Origin: Candidatus Poseidoniales archaeon
GTDB taxonomy: Archaea > Thermoplasmatota > Poseidoniia > Poseidoniales > Thalassarchaeaceae
DNA length: 64,000 nucleotides
Direction: 5' to 3'
Assembly: GCA_003602515.1 (NCBI GenBank)
Contig: QQSB01000006.1
Span: 16,234-80,233, forward strand
The notes beneath the pieces are model-generated. The model was not told where the DNA came from. It worked only from the letters and a program-made list of their open reading frames with translations, and did not search any database. The translations under genes and the position numbers were made by a program. This document shows, piece after piece, positions 22,613 to 32,070 of the stretch (position 1 is the first letter of the stretch; the number at the start of each line of letters is the position of its first letter).

Positions 22613-23626
22613 ATGTCGGACTCCCCAGTGTCCCACCATAAGGCTGGCTCGCCACCTGAATCACCAGACCCAGAGGCATCAAATGAGCAGAGGGCTCAGA
22701 TGGAGCAGGCATACCAACAGATGCAGAGGAAGATGAGAATCAGCAAGATGGACGAGAGTATTAAGCACAAGATCATGGTTCTATCAGGTAAAGGAGGAGT
22801 CGGAAAATCAACCGTAGCCACAGGACTGGCCCTTTCACTGGCTCGTCAGGGAAAGAAGGTCGGCCTGATGGATATTGATATTACTGGGCCAAACGTCCCA
22901 AAGATGCTCGGGCTGGAGCAAGCAGATCTGAACGTGGAGGAAGGTCAGATTCATCCTGCTGATGGGCCAAACGGACTCAAGGTAATCTCGATGGCTTTCT
23001 TGCTGGAGGATCCGGATAAACCTGTAATTTGGCGTGGTCCGATCAAACTCGGAGCTATCCAGCAGTTCATTGGAGATGTTGCTTGGGGGGAGTTGGACAC
23101 TCTGATTATCGACTTCCCTCCAGGGACAAGTGACGAACCCCTTACTGTTAGCCAGAGCCTTCCAGGAATAGATGGTGTGGTGATAGTCACGACTCCTCAG
23201 GAAGTCGCTCTTCTAGACAGTCGAAAATCGATTAACTTCGCCAAAACGATTTCTATCCCCGTTCTAGGAGTGGTAGAGAATATGAGGGGTTATAACCTGA
23301 GAGGAACATCCACACCCAACTCTAACATCTCAGTAATGGGGCCCGGAGGGGTGCCGATTGAATGCCAATCTGATGGGGATGGAAACTGGGAAATCACCCT
23401 TGATGTGTTCAAGTCAGGAGGGGGGGAGGAAGCATCGAAAGAGATGGGGGTGCCATTCCTGGGATCTCTCCCATTCGACCCTGGAATTGTCAGAGGGGGC
23501 GACGATGGAGTCCACAGAATCATCGCCGAGCCAGACGGGGAAACGGCAAGGGCTTTCGAATCGATAGTGGAAAGCGTTCTAGAGCAACTCGACAAGGGCT
23601 CTCAGCGTACTCTAAGGATAATCTGA
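22613..23626 (+). CDS. Mrp/NBP35 (ApbC) family P-loop ATPase lacking the CxxC motif
   Basis: 'SGKGGVGKST', 'DIDITGPNVP', 'VIWRGP', 'IDFPPGTSD', 'VTTPQ', 'VVENM'. Confidence 0.92.
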   Translation: MSDSPVSHHKAGSPPESPDPEASNEQRAQMEQAYQQMQRKMRISKMDESIKHKIMVLSGKGGVGKSTVATGLALSLARQGKKVGLMDIDITGPNVPKMLGLEQADLNVEEGQIHPADGPNGLKVISMAFLLEDPDKPVIWRGPIKLGAIQQFIGDVAWGELDTLIIDFPPGTSDEPLTVSQSLPGIDGVVIVTTPQEVALLDSRKSINFAKTISIPVLGVVENMRGYNLRGTSTPNSNISVMGPGGVPIECQSDGDGNWEITLDVFKSGGGEEASKEMGVPFLGSLPFDPGIVRGGDDGVHRIIAEPDGETARAFESIVESVLEQLDKGSQRTLRII

Positions 23627-23680
23627 CACTACAATCTTTGCGTTGGCTTGATGACATAGTCTCATTCCCACAAGGTCGTA

Positions 23681-25774
23681 ATGGTTGCTGAAACAGGTAT
23701 CTACATCACCTGGGTGACGGGGGCTATTCTGATTAGTATAGCAATGATGCCAATCTTCAAACCACCCTTTGCAAGGATCAGCGCTGATGGCTTCATTGAT
23801 ATGTTCAGAAGATACTGGGCACATATGATCGTAGTATTCTCGGTGTATCTTTGGAAGGACTTACTCGATGGTCTTGACAGGGTATTGATGGCCAATACGC
23901 AACTAGACATGACCTTCCTAGTATATGCAATTGAGGGAGACTCTGTTCTATGGGTCCAAGAAGGACTAAGAAGCGAACTGCTGGACGTTTTCATGACCCA
24001 TTTCTATGTAATGGGATTCATGACTGCAACATTTTCTTCATTCATCTATCCAATTTTCTTCGATGACAGACACATGGCAGACAGAGTATCTCTTTCGATG
24101 TTCTGGGTGTATATTCTGGCGATTCCATTCTACTTGTTCCTTAACGTCAAGGTTACCGGTAACTATGTAGAAGGAATGGAGACAATTGCATATGATCTAA
24201 CTCCAGAGATTCATAATTGGTTCAATCGAATTGACCCCTTTACAAATGGGATGCCAAGTTTGCACATTGGTCTACCGTTTGCAATATGGCTTTCCATGCA
24301 CAGGTGGGACGAGGATGGGCGATGGAAGAAGTTCAGGACTTTTCTTATCTTATTCATAGGATTGACTTCTGTCTCGATTGTATACTTGGGTATTCACTGG
24401 TTCGTTGACATTATTGGGGGGATGATCATTGCAATCCTAGCAGTGAATATCACTTCAAAGACGCATGAACCAATTTGGCGAATCGCCGACGAGCGACTAT
24501 TCACAAGGAGGCTTGCCCGGACTCTCGAAGATCCACGAGGATCCTTGCAGAGAACTCTGCGCTCTTGGATAAGTGCACTTGATCCTGTTAGGGAACCAGG
24601 CAAGAACCAGACTGGTGCAATCATCATGTCCCTCATCATTTTGACCGGTTCGGTCATACTTTGGGACGTAACACACCAGAAGATATCGATTGAAGAGGCA
24701 GACTCTCCCACATCTGCATCCGGCTCTGGTGAATGGCTTGTTTGGATCGAAGAATCAGAAGATGGAGTAGAAATTACCGCAGGAAATGTGACTTCACTGA
24801 CCAACCGGACAGTGGGGGGGCAGCAATGGATAGAAACCCCTGAGGTCGTATCCTCAGGAGGAAGTTTCGTGATTTTCAATAACCATAGCGTAGAGTATTT
24901 CGAGCACAACCAGGAATCAGGAGTTCTTCAGCCGATTTTCGTAGAGAGTTTGGACGAGGGCATTGTCGACATAGCAATCCTATCCGATTCAAACGGTGTT
25001 GAGCACCTCGCAATACTCTCGCCAAATGACCTCCAATTAGTTGATACTTCTGACAAGTCAACCGAGTTGTTAGAATTGAATACCAACTCTTCTGTGCTGG
25101 CATCATCAGGCGCTCTCGTAGCAATCTCAGAAAAATCGGAAGCAGGGCCACTGGTCAATATAACTTCAATTGACTCGGACCTCACAATATCCATCCCACT
25201 AGACCCTAGGTCTTCGGAGCGAATAGAAGATTCAATAATGAACGCGGGAACCATCCTTGATTTCCAAAATTCCACAATCGTAGACCTCGTAATGGACTCC
25301 AATTGGCTAGTAGCCACTGTTGACGTCGGCCCATTCAACAGAACCGTACTAGTCGACACACTCTCGATAAATCAGACACTCATTTCCAATCCTCGTTGGG
25401 ATTCCTCATCCCCCAGTATCGGAGATGGCAGAGTTGCCTTCCTTCAAGTGACCAGGGATGATATCCTCTCAACCGCAATCTCCTCTCAAAGGAACAATGA
25501 TGTCTATGTGCATGAGTTGAAATCAGGAGAAACCAAGCAATACACCTTTGATGAAGAAGTATCACAGACTCAGCCACAGATATTGTTTGAGAGGTTAGCT
25601 TGGATCGAAATCAATGATGATGGGGAAAAGGAGCTTCAACTATTCTCGTTCACCGACACAATAGAGCCTAGGAACTCACTACTATTACAGGCCTCTATTC
25701 TAGCCATGATTCCGCTGATTTTCTTATGGACGCTACAGTCATACAGCATAGAGAAGATTACTCAGCGAGTCTGA
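23681..25774 (+). CDS. PAP2/Aur1(IPC synthase)-like membrane phosphotransferase fused to an extracellular beta-propeller-like domain
   Basis: Multi-TM N-terminus with 'GMPSLH' and 'YLGIHWFVD' PAP2 motifs; TolB-like repeats ('SSPSIGDGRVAF', 'DVYVHEL', 'QTQPQI') and a final TM helix. Confidence 0.72.
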   Translation: MVAETGIYITWVTGAILISIAMMPIFKPPFARISADGFIDMFRRYWAHMIVVFSVYLWKDLLDGLDRVLMANTQLDMTFLVYAIEGDSVLWVQEGLRSELLDVFMTHFYVMGFMTATFSSFIYPIFFDDRHMADRVSLSMFWVYILAIPFYLFLNVKVTGNYVEGMETIAYDLTPEIHNWFNRIDPFTNGMPSLHIGLPFAIWLSMHRWDEDGRWKKFRTFLILFIGLTSVSIVYLGIHWFVDIIGGMIIAILAVNITSKTHEPIWRIADERLFTRRLARTLEDPRGSLQRTLRSWISALDPVREPGKNQTGAIIMSLIILTGSVILWDVTHQKISIEEADSPTSASGSGEWLVWIEESEDGVEITAGNVTSLTNRTVGGQQWIETPEVVSSGGSFVIFNNHSVEYFEHNQESGVLQPIFVESLDEGIVDIAILSDSNGVEHLAILSPNDLQLVDTSDKSTELLELNTNSSVLASSGALVAISEKSEAGPLVNITSIDSDLTISIPLDPRSSERIEDSIMNAGTILDFQNSTIVDLVMDSNWLVATVDVGPFNRTVLVDTLSINQTLISNPRWDSSSPSIGDGRVAFLQVTRDDILSTAISSQRNNDVYVHELKSGETKQYTFDEEVSQTQPQILFERLAWIEINDDGEKELQLFSFTDTIEPRNSLLLQASILAMIPLIFLWTLQSYSIEKITQRV

Positions 25775-26843
25775 ACATCTCATCCAGGCTTTTCGAAGCT
25801 CTCTTGAGGGTCTGCTCTGGTACGTCTATAATCTGCTCTGGAAAGGGATCAATTAGTGCCTGAAGTATATCCTCCAACTGGGTCTTCTTCATGTGCCTGC
25901 ACATCACGCATGCCCCCATCAGATTCAGGCTATCCTCAGCCTCGGCTAGCACTCTGTCAGCAGTTCCGCACTCGGTAATTAGCATCATATCCCTCTCTCC
26001 GATGCTAGCTAGGCGTTTCGCCTCATTCATCAGTAACTCGCTACTTCCAACGAAATCACTCTCCTCCAATACCTCCGAATCACATTCAGGATGACTTAGA
26101 ACCTTCAGGTCGATTCCATTCTCTGACATGTTCTTCTTCCAGTTCCTTATTTTTGGTCCAGTGAACTCTGCATGAACCTCACATTCACCATCGTAGAGTA
26201 TCACTTCCTTCTTACCCCTGAGTGAATTCTGCAGGTGCCTTCCCATGAATTTGTCAGGTACGAAGATCAATCTATCACCTGGCAACCTCTCACAAATACT
26301 GAGGTAGTTGCTACTTGTTACGCACACGTCACACTCGGCCTTCACAGCGGCACTAGTGTTGATGTAGCAGACAACTGGTACCCCGGGGTATTCCTCCCTG
26401 ATCCTGATTACGTCTTCTGCCTCTATACTATCACTTAGCGAGCAACCAGCATCGGGGGATGGGTGCAGCACAGTCTTGTTCGGGCTGACAATCTTTGCCG
26501 TCTCGGCCATGAATCGAACGCTGGAGAAGAGAATTGTCTGTTGAGGTGCGTCTCGGGCCTCCTTGGACAGTGCATAACTATCGGCAACAGAGTCCGCTAC
26601 CCCATAGGTGATGTCCGGAGTCTGATACGAATGTGCGATAAGGAACACGTCTTTCTCTTCCTTGAGACGATTTATCTCAAGGGTGAGTGGGGCCAGAGAT
26701 CTACAGACCTCCATACTCCATCGCATCGGTTGCCTGATTGCATACTGTAGCCTAACCGCTTCCTTGTCAATCTCCGAGTCAGAATATCCGAAATTACCCA
26801 AGAAAACCCGCGGGATGGGGGCAGCTGGCATGTCCAGAACCAT
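25758..26843 (-). CDS. nadA: Quinolinate synthase
   Basis: 'AHSYQ', 'DSYALS', 'FMAETAK', 'AGCSLS', 'YINTSA', 'CEVH', 'HPEC', 'CRHMK'. Confidence 0.93.
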   Translation of the reverse strand: MVLDMPAAPIPRVFLGNFGYSDSEIDKEAVRLQYAIRQPMRWSMEVCRSLAPLTLEINRLKEEKDVFLIAHSYQTPDITYGVADSVADSYALSKEARDAPQQTILFSSVRFMAETAKIVSPNKTVLHPSPDAGCSLSDSIEAEDVIRIREEYPGVPVVCYINTSAAVKAECDVCVTSSNYLSICERLPGDRLIFVPDKFMGRHLQNSLRGKKEVILYDGECEVHAEFTGPKIRNWKKNMSENGIDLKVLSHPECDSEVLEESDFVGSSELLMNEAKRLASIGERDMMLITECGTADRVLAEAEDSLNLMGACVMCRHMKKTQLEDILQALIDPFPEQIIDVPEQTLKRASKSLDEMFRLAE

Positions 26844-26901
26844 GTCGAACGACTAATCGTCCGAGTGCAACCGCTTTCAAGTCATCTGGCATCGGATTTG
26901 C

Positions 26902-27567
26902 ATGGTGAGCGGGGATATTCCAATGTGGAAGCCCGAGAACGTTCTTCACGAGGGTGCAGAGGCAACTGTTACCAGTGGTTCTTGGCTGGGCAGGAAAGCT
27001 GTCCTCAAGTCGCGAAGAGCACGGTCTTACAGGCACCCTGACCTCGATCGTAGACTAACTAGACAAAGACTAGCAGTTGAGGCAAGAGTCCTATCCAGAT
27101 TATCTTCGGTCGGATTCCCGTCCCCGAAACTGATGTTCTTGGATCAGCGTAACTCTTCCATGCTACTATCCAGAATCGAAGGAAGGACTCTCTACGAATT
27201 GCTCAAGTCGGACGAGTCTTCTGGTGACGAGCTCTTCTCACTCGGTGGGTTGATCCGTAGACTCCATGAGATTGGAATATCTCATGGCGATTTGACCACT
27301 CATAACGTAATGTCAACAGAAGAGGGAGAACTCCATATTATCGACTTCGGTTTGTCCAGGCAGTCTCCAGAATTGGAACATTTGGGCCTAGACCTACAGG
27401 TTCTCAGGGAATGCCTCGGAGCCAGCCATTCTGATATTGATGACGCCATCGACAGAGTATGTGAAGGATACATGGACAAACAGTCCTTTAACGAAGATGT
27501 AGAGAGTGCTAAAGATGTGTTAGACCGCTTTCGCAAAATCGCAGGGAGAGTCAGATATCACGGCTAG
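26902..27567 (+). CDS. bud32: KEOPS kinase Bud32
   Basis: 'GAEA', 'YRHPDLDRRL', 'HGDLTTHN', 'IDFGL', 'DLQVL', C-terminal 'RVRY'. Confidence 0.92.
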   Translation: MVSGDIPMWKPENVLHEGAEATVTSGSWLGRKAVLKSRRARSYRHPDLDRRLTRQRLAVEARVLSRLSSVGFPSPKLMFLDQRNSSMLLSRIEGRTLYELLKSDESSGDELFSLGGLIRRLHEIGISHGDLTTHNVMSTEEGELHIIDFGLSRQSPELEHLGLDLQVLRECLGASHSDIDDAIDRVCEGYMDKQSFNEDVESAKDVLDRFRKIAGRVRYHG

Positions 27568-27577
27568 GGTTGGAAAT

Positions 27578-28171
27578 ATGCGTATTCTTTTCGCCACAGG
27601 GAACAAACACAAAGTATCGGAGGCATCTGAGATTCTCTCCCATCTCGGACATGAGGTGGATCAATTACTGATCCACGGACAAGTCCCGGAATTGATTGAG
27701 CCACAGGCGGAAGGAATAGAGGAAGTTGCAATTTCGAAGGTCATGCAAGCCAGAGACTTGGTGATAGGGACGGAGCTGGAGGACTCTATCATCCTAGCAG
27801 AGGACTCGGGGCTCTTCATCGATTCACTACGAGGTTTTCCAGGCCCTTTCTCTTCATATGTCGAGGGGACTATCGGATTGTCCGGGATCCTGCATCTTAT
27901 ACCTCCAGAGTCTGGAAGGGAGGCCGAGTTCAGGACTATAGCAGCAGTATATTTCGAAGGTGAAATCCTAACTGGAACTGGAATCTGCAGCGGAGTGATA
28001 TCTAGAGAGATATCAGGAGAAATGGGCTTTGGTTATGATCCAATTTTCATTCCACATGATGGCGATGGAAGAACTTGCGGCGAGATGTCTTCTACTGAAA
28101 AATCATACATTTCGCATAGGGGTAGGGCCCTGAAGGAGGTCTCAGAACTCCTCAATCCCCCGTCAAAGTGA
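27578..28171 (+). CDS. rdgB: Non-canonical purine NTP pyrophosphatase (RdgB/HAM1)
   Basis: 'FATGNKHK', 'EDSGLFI', 'GFPGPFS', 'GFGYDPIF', 'SHRGRA'. Confidence 0.93.
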   Translation: MRILFATGNKHKVSEASEILSHLGHEVDQLLIHGQVPELIEPQAEGIEEVAISKVMQARDLVIGTELEDSIILAEDSGLFIDSLRGFPGPFSSYVEGTIGLSGILHLIPPESGREAEFRTIAAVYFEGEILTGTGICSGVISREISGEMGFGYDPIFIPHDGDGRTCGEMSSTEKSYISHRGRALKEVSELLNPPSK

Positions 28172-28200
28172 ATAGACGCTGTCCTCCTTGCAGTACCAGA

Positions 28201-29097
28201 ATGGTTACGGCAACTCGACTTCTTCTGATTACAATGAGTATTTTTTCAGTGCCAATTTACCTTGTGTTCATCGTTCCAGAGGGCCTCATCATGCAGGCTG
28301 CTGGGGCAGTGTTGATCCTTCTAATGGTCTCAATGATACTTTTCACCGGTAGGAGGCCGATACCCTCGGCCAAGAAGAAAGAACCCGCCTTCATCGAATC
28401 AGAGTCCGACTTCGGCGACATAGAATTGCCACCACCTGTTCACTCGGAGGAATCGTTGGAAGAGGTCCGTTCCTCGAAGATCAGAAGGAGTAGGGGGAGG
28501 AAGAACGTACATGATATTCCGGTACCAGATATGCCCGAACCCACTATGGCCCCGGCAAGCAGTACTCCCGCCGAATCCTCGGTAATCACAGCCGAATCAG
28601 ATGTTGATGTAGAAGGTACGGCTAGAGTCCACATCGCCAGTTCGGACCCGGAACTACAAGCAGAAGCAGAAGTTGATTTTTATCTCGCCCAGCAGAGAGA
28701 GAGAAGAGAGGTCTTCAGAGCCAGGCTTCATCGTGAAAGACGAATGGAAATGTCAAAGAGAGTATCCGAAGAAGCCAGAAAGTGGGCCCAGGTTGAGGAC
28801 GGGGAAGATCTGTCCAAGATCACAAGTATCCCTGGACACGGCTTAGCGGTCTTCTACGAACCAGAAGAACCCGACACCACAATTCCCCAAGGTATTTCTT
28901 ATGTCAGGATAGATGATGAGAGAGTCCTCAAGGTCAGAGTTTCACTAGACGTTCCTAGATTAGAATACAATACTCCCCATGAAGAAATGAGCGAATCCCA
29001 AGACGATGCCTCCACACCCCTCCCTCCCACTCCAGGGATGCCGATTCCACCCCCTCCCCTACCAGACATCCCACCTCCCATTGGGCCAGAAGATTAG
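28201..29097 (+). CDS. Hypothetical membrane protein with two N-terminal TM helices, a charged helical region and a Pro-rich tail
   Basis: Long ORF co-oriented with neighbours; ends 'PLPPTPGMPIPPPPLPDIPPPIGPED'. Confidence 0.65.
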   Translation: MVTATRLLLITMSIFSVPIYLVFIVPEGLIMQAAGAVLILLMVSMILFTGRRPIPSAKKKEPAFIESESDFGDIELPPPVHSEESLEEVRSSKIRRSRGRKNVHDIPVPDMPEPTMAPASSTPAESSVITAESDVDVEGTARVHIASSDPELQAEAEVDFYLAQQRERREVFRARLHRERRMEMSKRVSEEARKWAQVEDGEDLSKITSIPGHGLAVFYEPEEPDTTIPQGISYVRIDDERVLKVRVSLDVPRLEYNTPHEEMSESQDDASTPLPPTPGMPIPPPPLPDIPPPIGPED

Positions 29098-29138
29098 TCC
29101 GATGATACGTTGAAGCGATATGCCTTGTTCGGCGTACC

Positions 29139-29975
29139 ATGTCAGACGAGGTGATGACGGTCGAGGACATCGTCGTTGAGGGATCAAGTCCAGAAGGCGG
29201 TGTAATCTCAGTTTGGACCCTCAATAGGCCCGACAAACTCAATGCTCTCAATACGGAGTCACACAGAGCCATCAAGGAGGAATCGGCAAGAGCAAACTCG
29301 GATGACTCAGTCAGATGCGTCGTAATCAGAGGTGCCCCTCCACCAGAGGCAGAGGAGGGAAAGAGGACAAAGCCTCATGCATTTGCAGCAGGAGCCGATA
29401 TCTCTGAATTCGCAGAGATGGACTCGGACGCCGCCCTCCCACTCTTCGAGGACAACGGTTGGGAGGCGGTATGGAACATCTGCAAGCCAACTATCGCAAT
29501 GGTAGACGGATTCGCACTGGGTGGAGGGACTGAGTTAGCACTCTCCTGTGATATCCGCATTGCTTCTGATAGGTCCACATTTGGACAGCCAGAGATCAAT
29601 CTCGGGCTGATACCCGGAGGCGGTGGGACACAGAGACTGTGCCGGCTAATTGGATATGGGAGGACCATGGAGATTGTACTCTCCGGAGGGATGGTCAAGG
29701 CCGAGGAAGCTCTCAAGATGGGAATCGTCAACAGGATGGTCTCTCCCGAGGATCTTGAGTCTGAAACCATGAGTCTTGCAGAGGAGATATCTAGGAAGTC
29801 ACCATACACGACCAGGGTTGCAAAGCGAGTAGTTAGGGGCGCACTAGAATTACCCTTCTCGGAGGGCGTACTAATGGAACGCTCAGAGTTCGTGGCATTG
29901 TTCGATACCGAGGACAAGGAGATCGGAGTCAGAGCATTCCTGGAACGAACAGAAGCTCATTGGCTCGGACGATAG
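29139..29975 (+). CDS. Enoyl-CoA hydratase (crotonase family)
   Basis: 'LNRPDKLNAL', 'FAAGADISEF', 'ALGGGTEL', 'FGQPEINLG'. Confidence 0.92.
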   Translation: MSDEVMTVEDIVVEGSSPEGGVISVWTLNRPDKLNALNTESHRAIKEESARANSDDSVRCVVIRGAPPPEAEEGKRTKPHAFAAGADISEFAEMDSDAALPLFEDNGWEAVWNICKPTIAMVDGFALGGGTELALSCDIRIASDRSTFGQPEINLGLIPGGGGTQRLCRLIGYGRTMEIVLSGGMVKAEEALKMGIVNRMVSPEDLESETMSLAEEISRKSPYTTRVAKRVVRGALELPFSEGVLMERSEFVALFDTEDKEIGVRAFLERTEAHWLGR

Positions 29976-29989
29976 AATCCGCCATAGTA

Positions 29990-30574
29990 CTAACCCAGGC
30001 TATTGGAGATTATTCCCGCAGCGTCGCTTTCCTTCGTAGGGTCTACGAGTAGCCATTCTGACTGAGAGCCAGATACAACAAGATTTTCTTGTATCTCCCT
30101 GATTCTATCCAAGTTTTGCAAGTAGTGATCAACCTGCTTACCATTGTGCTTCTCTCGATTCGCAATCATTCCCCTATGCATATTTTCACTAGTCACGTAG
30201 AGCACCACACCCGTGGCAATACCACCAGAATCACGCCATTCATCGATTATCTCTTTGTTAGGGAAATAATGAACCCCCTCTAGAAGCAGGTCGCCCCTCT
30301 TCTCTAGTGCTCTCTGTATGACTGCTTGTACTCCCCCAGAAACAACTTCGACCGTTTCCTTCCAGTCTCCAACCGCCGATCCGCCAGCCGACTCAAATGA
30401 CGATCTGTGAAGTTGTGGTTTTTCCGAAGATGTGAGTTGTGTTCTGAGTACCTCTCTGACTGTATCCGTCGAGGCAACCTTGTTGAAACCGAGTTCCGAA
30501 GCAAGTTTTGCAGACATTGTAGACTTCCCAACACCGCTGGTTCCGACAATGATCAGGAGTCTGGGGACTACCAT
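29990..30574 (-). CDS. 2-phosphoglycerate kinase-like P-loop kinase
   Basis: 'GTSGVGKST', 'STDTVREVLR', 'LHRSSF', 'LLEGVH'. Confidence 0.75.
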   Translation of the reverse strand: MVVPRLLIIVGTSGVGKSTMSAKLASELGFNKVASTDTVREVLRTQLTSSEKPQLHRSSFESAGGSAVGDWKETVEVVSGGVQAVIQRALEKRGDLLLEGVHYFPNKEIIDEWRDSGGIATGVVLYVTSENMHRGMIANREKHNGKQVDHYLQNLDRIREIQENLVVSGSQSEWLLVDPTKESDAAGIISNSLG

Positions 30575-30582
30575 TGAATCAC

Positions 30583-32001
30583 CTAACGCTGAATTGACTT
30601 TGTCTCGAGGAACTCTTCCATCCCATGAACTCCCAACTCTCTCCCAAGTCCCGACTTCTTGTAACCGCCAAAAGGGGCAGTGACATTGAATGCGCCACCA
30701 TTAATGCTGACTTGTCCCGTCCTCAACTTCCTGGCTACTCTCATCGCTCTGCTCTCGTCGCCAGACCAAACGCCTCCGGAAAGGCCGTATTCTGAGTCAT
30801 TGGCTAGTTCTATCGCCTCCTCTTCGTTGGAATATGTGGTTATGCAAAGAACTGGGCCAAAAATCTCCTCTCTGAACACAGTCATCTGAGGAGTCACATC
30901 GGCGAAGACGGTGGGTCTGACGTAGAACCCCGAATCCAAATCATCTGGCATCCCCTCTCCACCAGCAACCAATGTCGCACCCTCGTCGATTCCAGTTGAG
31001 ATGTATCTGGAAACACTCTCTTGCTGCCTTTTTGACACTAGCGGACCGCACTTGCTCGTTCCGTCCATTGGATCTCCAACGGTGTATCGGCCGATTTTGC
31101 TCGCGATAACTTCCACTACCTCTTCTCTGGAATCTTCTGGAATTAACAATCTGGTCAGTGCCGAGCACTCTTGCCCGGAATTAGCGAAGCAGGAGTAAAT
31201 CGCAGAGGACGCAGCTCTTGGTATATCGGCATCGTCCAGGATGATGTTTGCACTCTTCCCACCGAGTTCCAAAGTGACTCTCTTTACGCTGGGAGCCGCT
31301 AACTCTGACACCCTAACACCAGCATTTGTCGATCCAGTGAAGCTGACCATATCCACTTCGGGATGGCCCGCCAACGTCTCACCGATTTCTCTGCCATGTC
31401 CGGAAATCAGATTGAAAACCCCATTCGGAAGGCCGATCTCATCCAGAATATCTGCTAGGACGAATGCATTCAGCGGGGCTTCCTTGGACGGTTTCAGAAC
31501 CATTGTGCATCCTGCCGCTATCGCGGGTGCGACCTTACCGATTATCTGGTGTAGGGGGAAGTTCCAGGGAGTGATCATTGCCACCACTCCTATTGGCTCC
31601 TTTACTACGATAGAGTTCCTGATCTCCTCTTCCCAAGCAAAACCGTCAAGGATCTTGGCATAAGACCTTGAGACAACTCTGGGTGTTCCGACCATTGCCA
31701 TGCGTGAGTATTCTATCGGAGTACCCACCTCAGAGGTGATCAACTCCGCTATTTCTTCTCCTCTATCCTTCAAAGCAGAGGAAAGCAGATTGAGATAATT
31801 CGATCTCTCATCAATCGTTGACTCCGACCAACCAGTGAATGCGGCTCTAGCAGCTTCCACAGCAGCATTTGCATCTGACTCGCTCCCTACTGGAACCGAT
31901 CCAATTACTCCCTCACTAGCCGGATTGATCACCTCTATTGTGCCCTCGCCATTGGGTTCGACCCAAGTTCCGTCGATGTAGAGGTGCGGGCGTTCGTGCA
32001 T
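30583..32001 (-). CDS. NAD-dependent aldehyde dehydrogenase
   Basis: 'ITPWNFP', 'SFTGST', 'LELGGKS', catalytic 'GQECSA', 'EEIFGPV', 'PFGGYKKSG'. Confidence 0.95.
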   Translation of the reverse strand: MHERPHLYIDGTWVEPNGEGTIEVINPASEGVIGSVPVGSESDANAAVEAARAAFTGWSESTIDERSNYLNLLSSALKDRGEEIAELITSEVGTPIEYSRMAMVGTPRVVSRSYAKILDGFAWEEEIRNSIVVKEPIGVVAMITPWNFPLHQIIGKVAPAIAAGCTMVLKPSKEAPLNAFVLADILDEIGLPNGVFNLISGHGREIGETLAGHPEVDMVSFTGSTNAGVRVSELAAPSVKRVTLELGGKSANIILDDADIPRAASSAIYSCFANSGQECSALTRLLIPEDSREEVVEVIASKIGRYTVGDPMDGTSKCGPLVSKRQQESVSRYISTGIDEGATLVAGGEGMPDDLDSGFYVRPTVFADVTPQMTVFREEIFGPVLCITTYSNEEEAIELANDSEYGLSGGVWSGDESRAMRVARKLRTGQVSINGGAFNVTAPFGGYKKSGLGRELGVHGMEEFLETKSIQR

Positions 32002-32070
32002 GCCTGACCCAGACTGCACCATCTTATGATATTCATGCAAATTCAATAGAGTGTGCCCTGCCCGAGTGTC

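Noticed and set aside
25758-26843. Fe-S ligand loss in NadA
   Set aside because: All three cluster Cys contexts (AGCS, CEVH, CRHM) are present; it serves as an internal control for the ABCE1/Mrp observation
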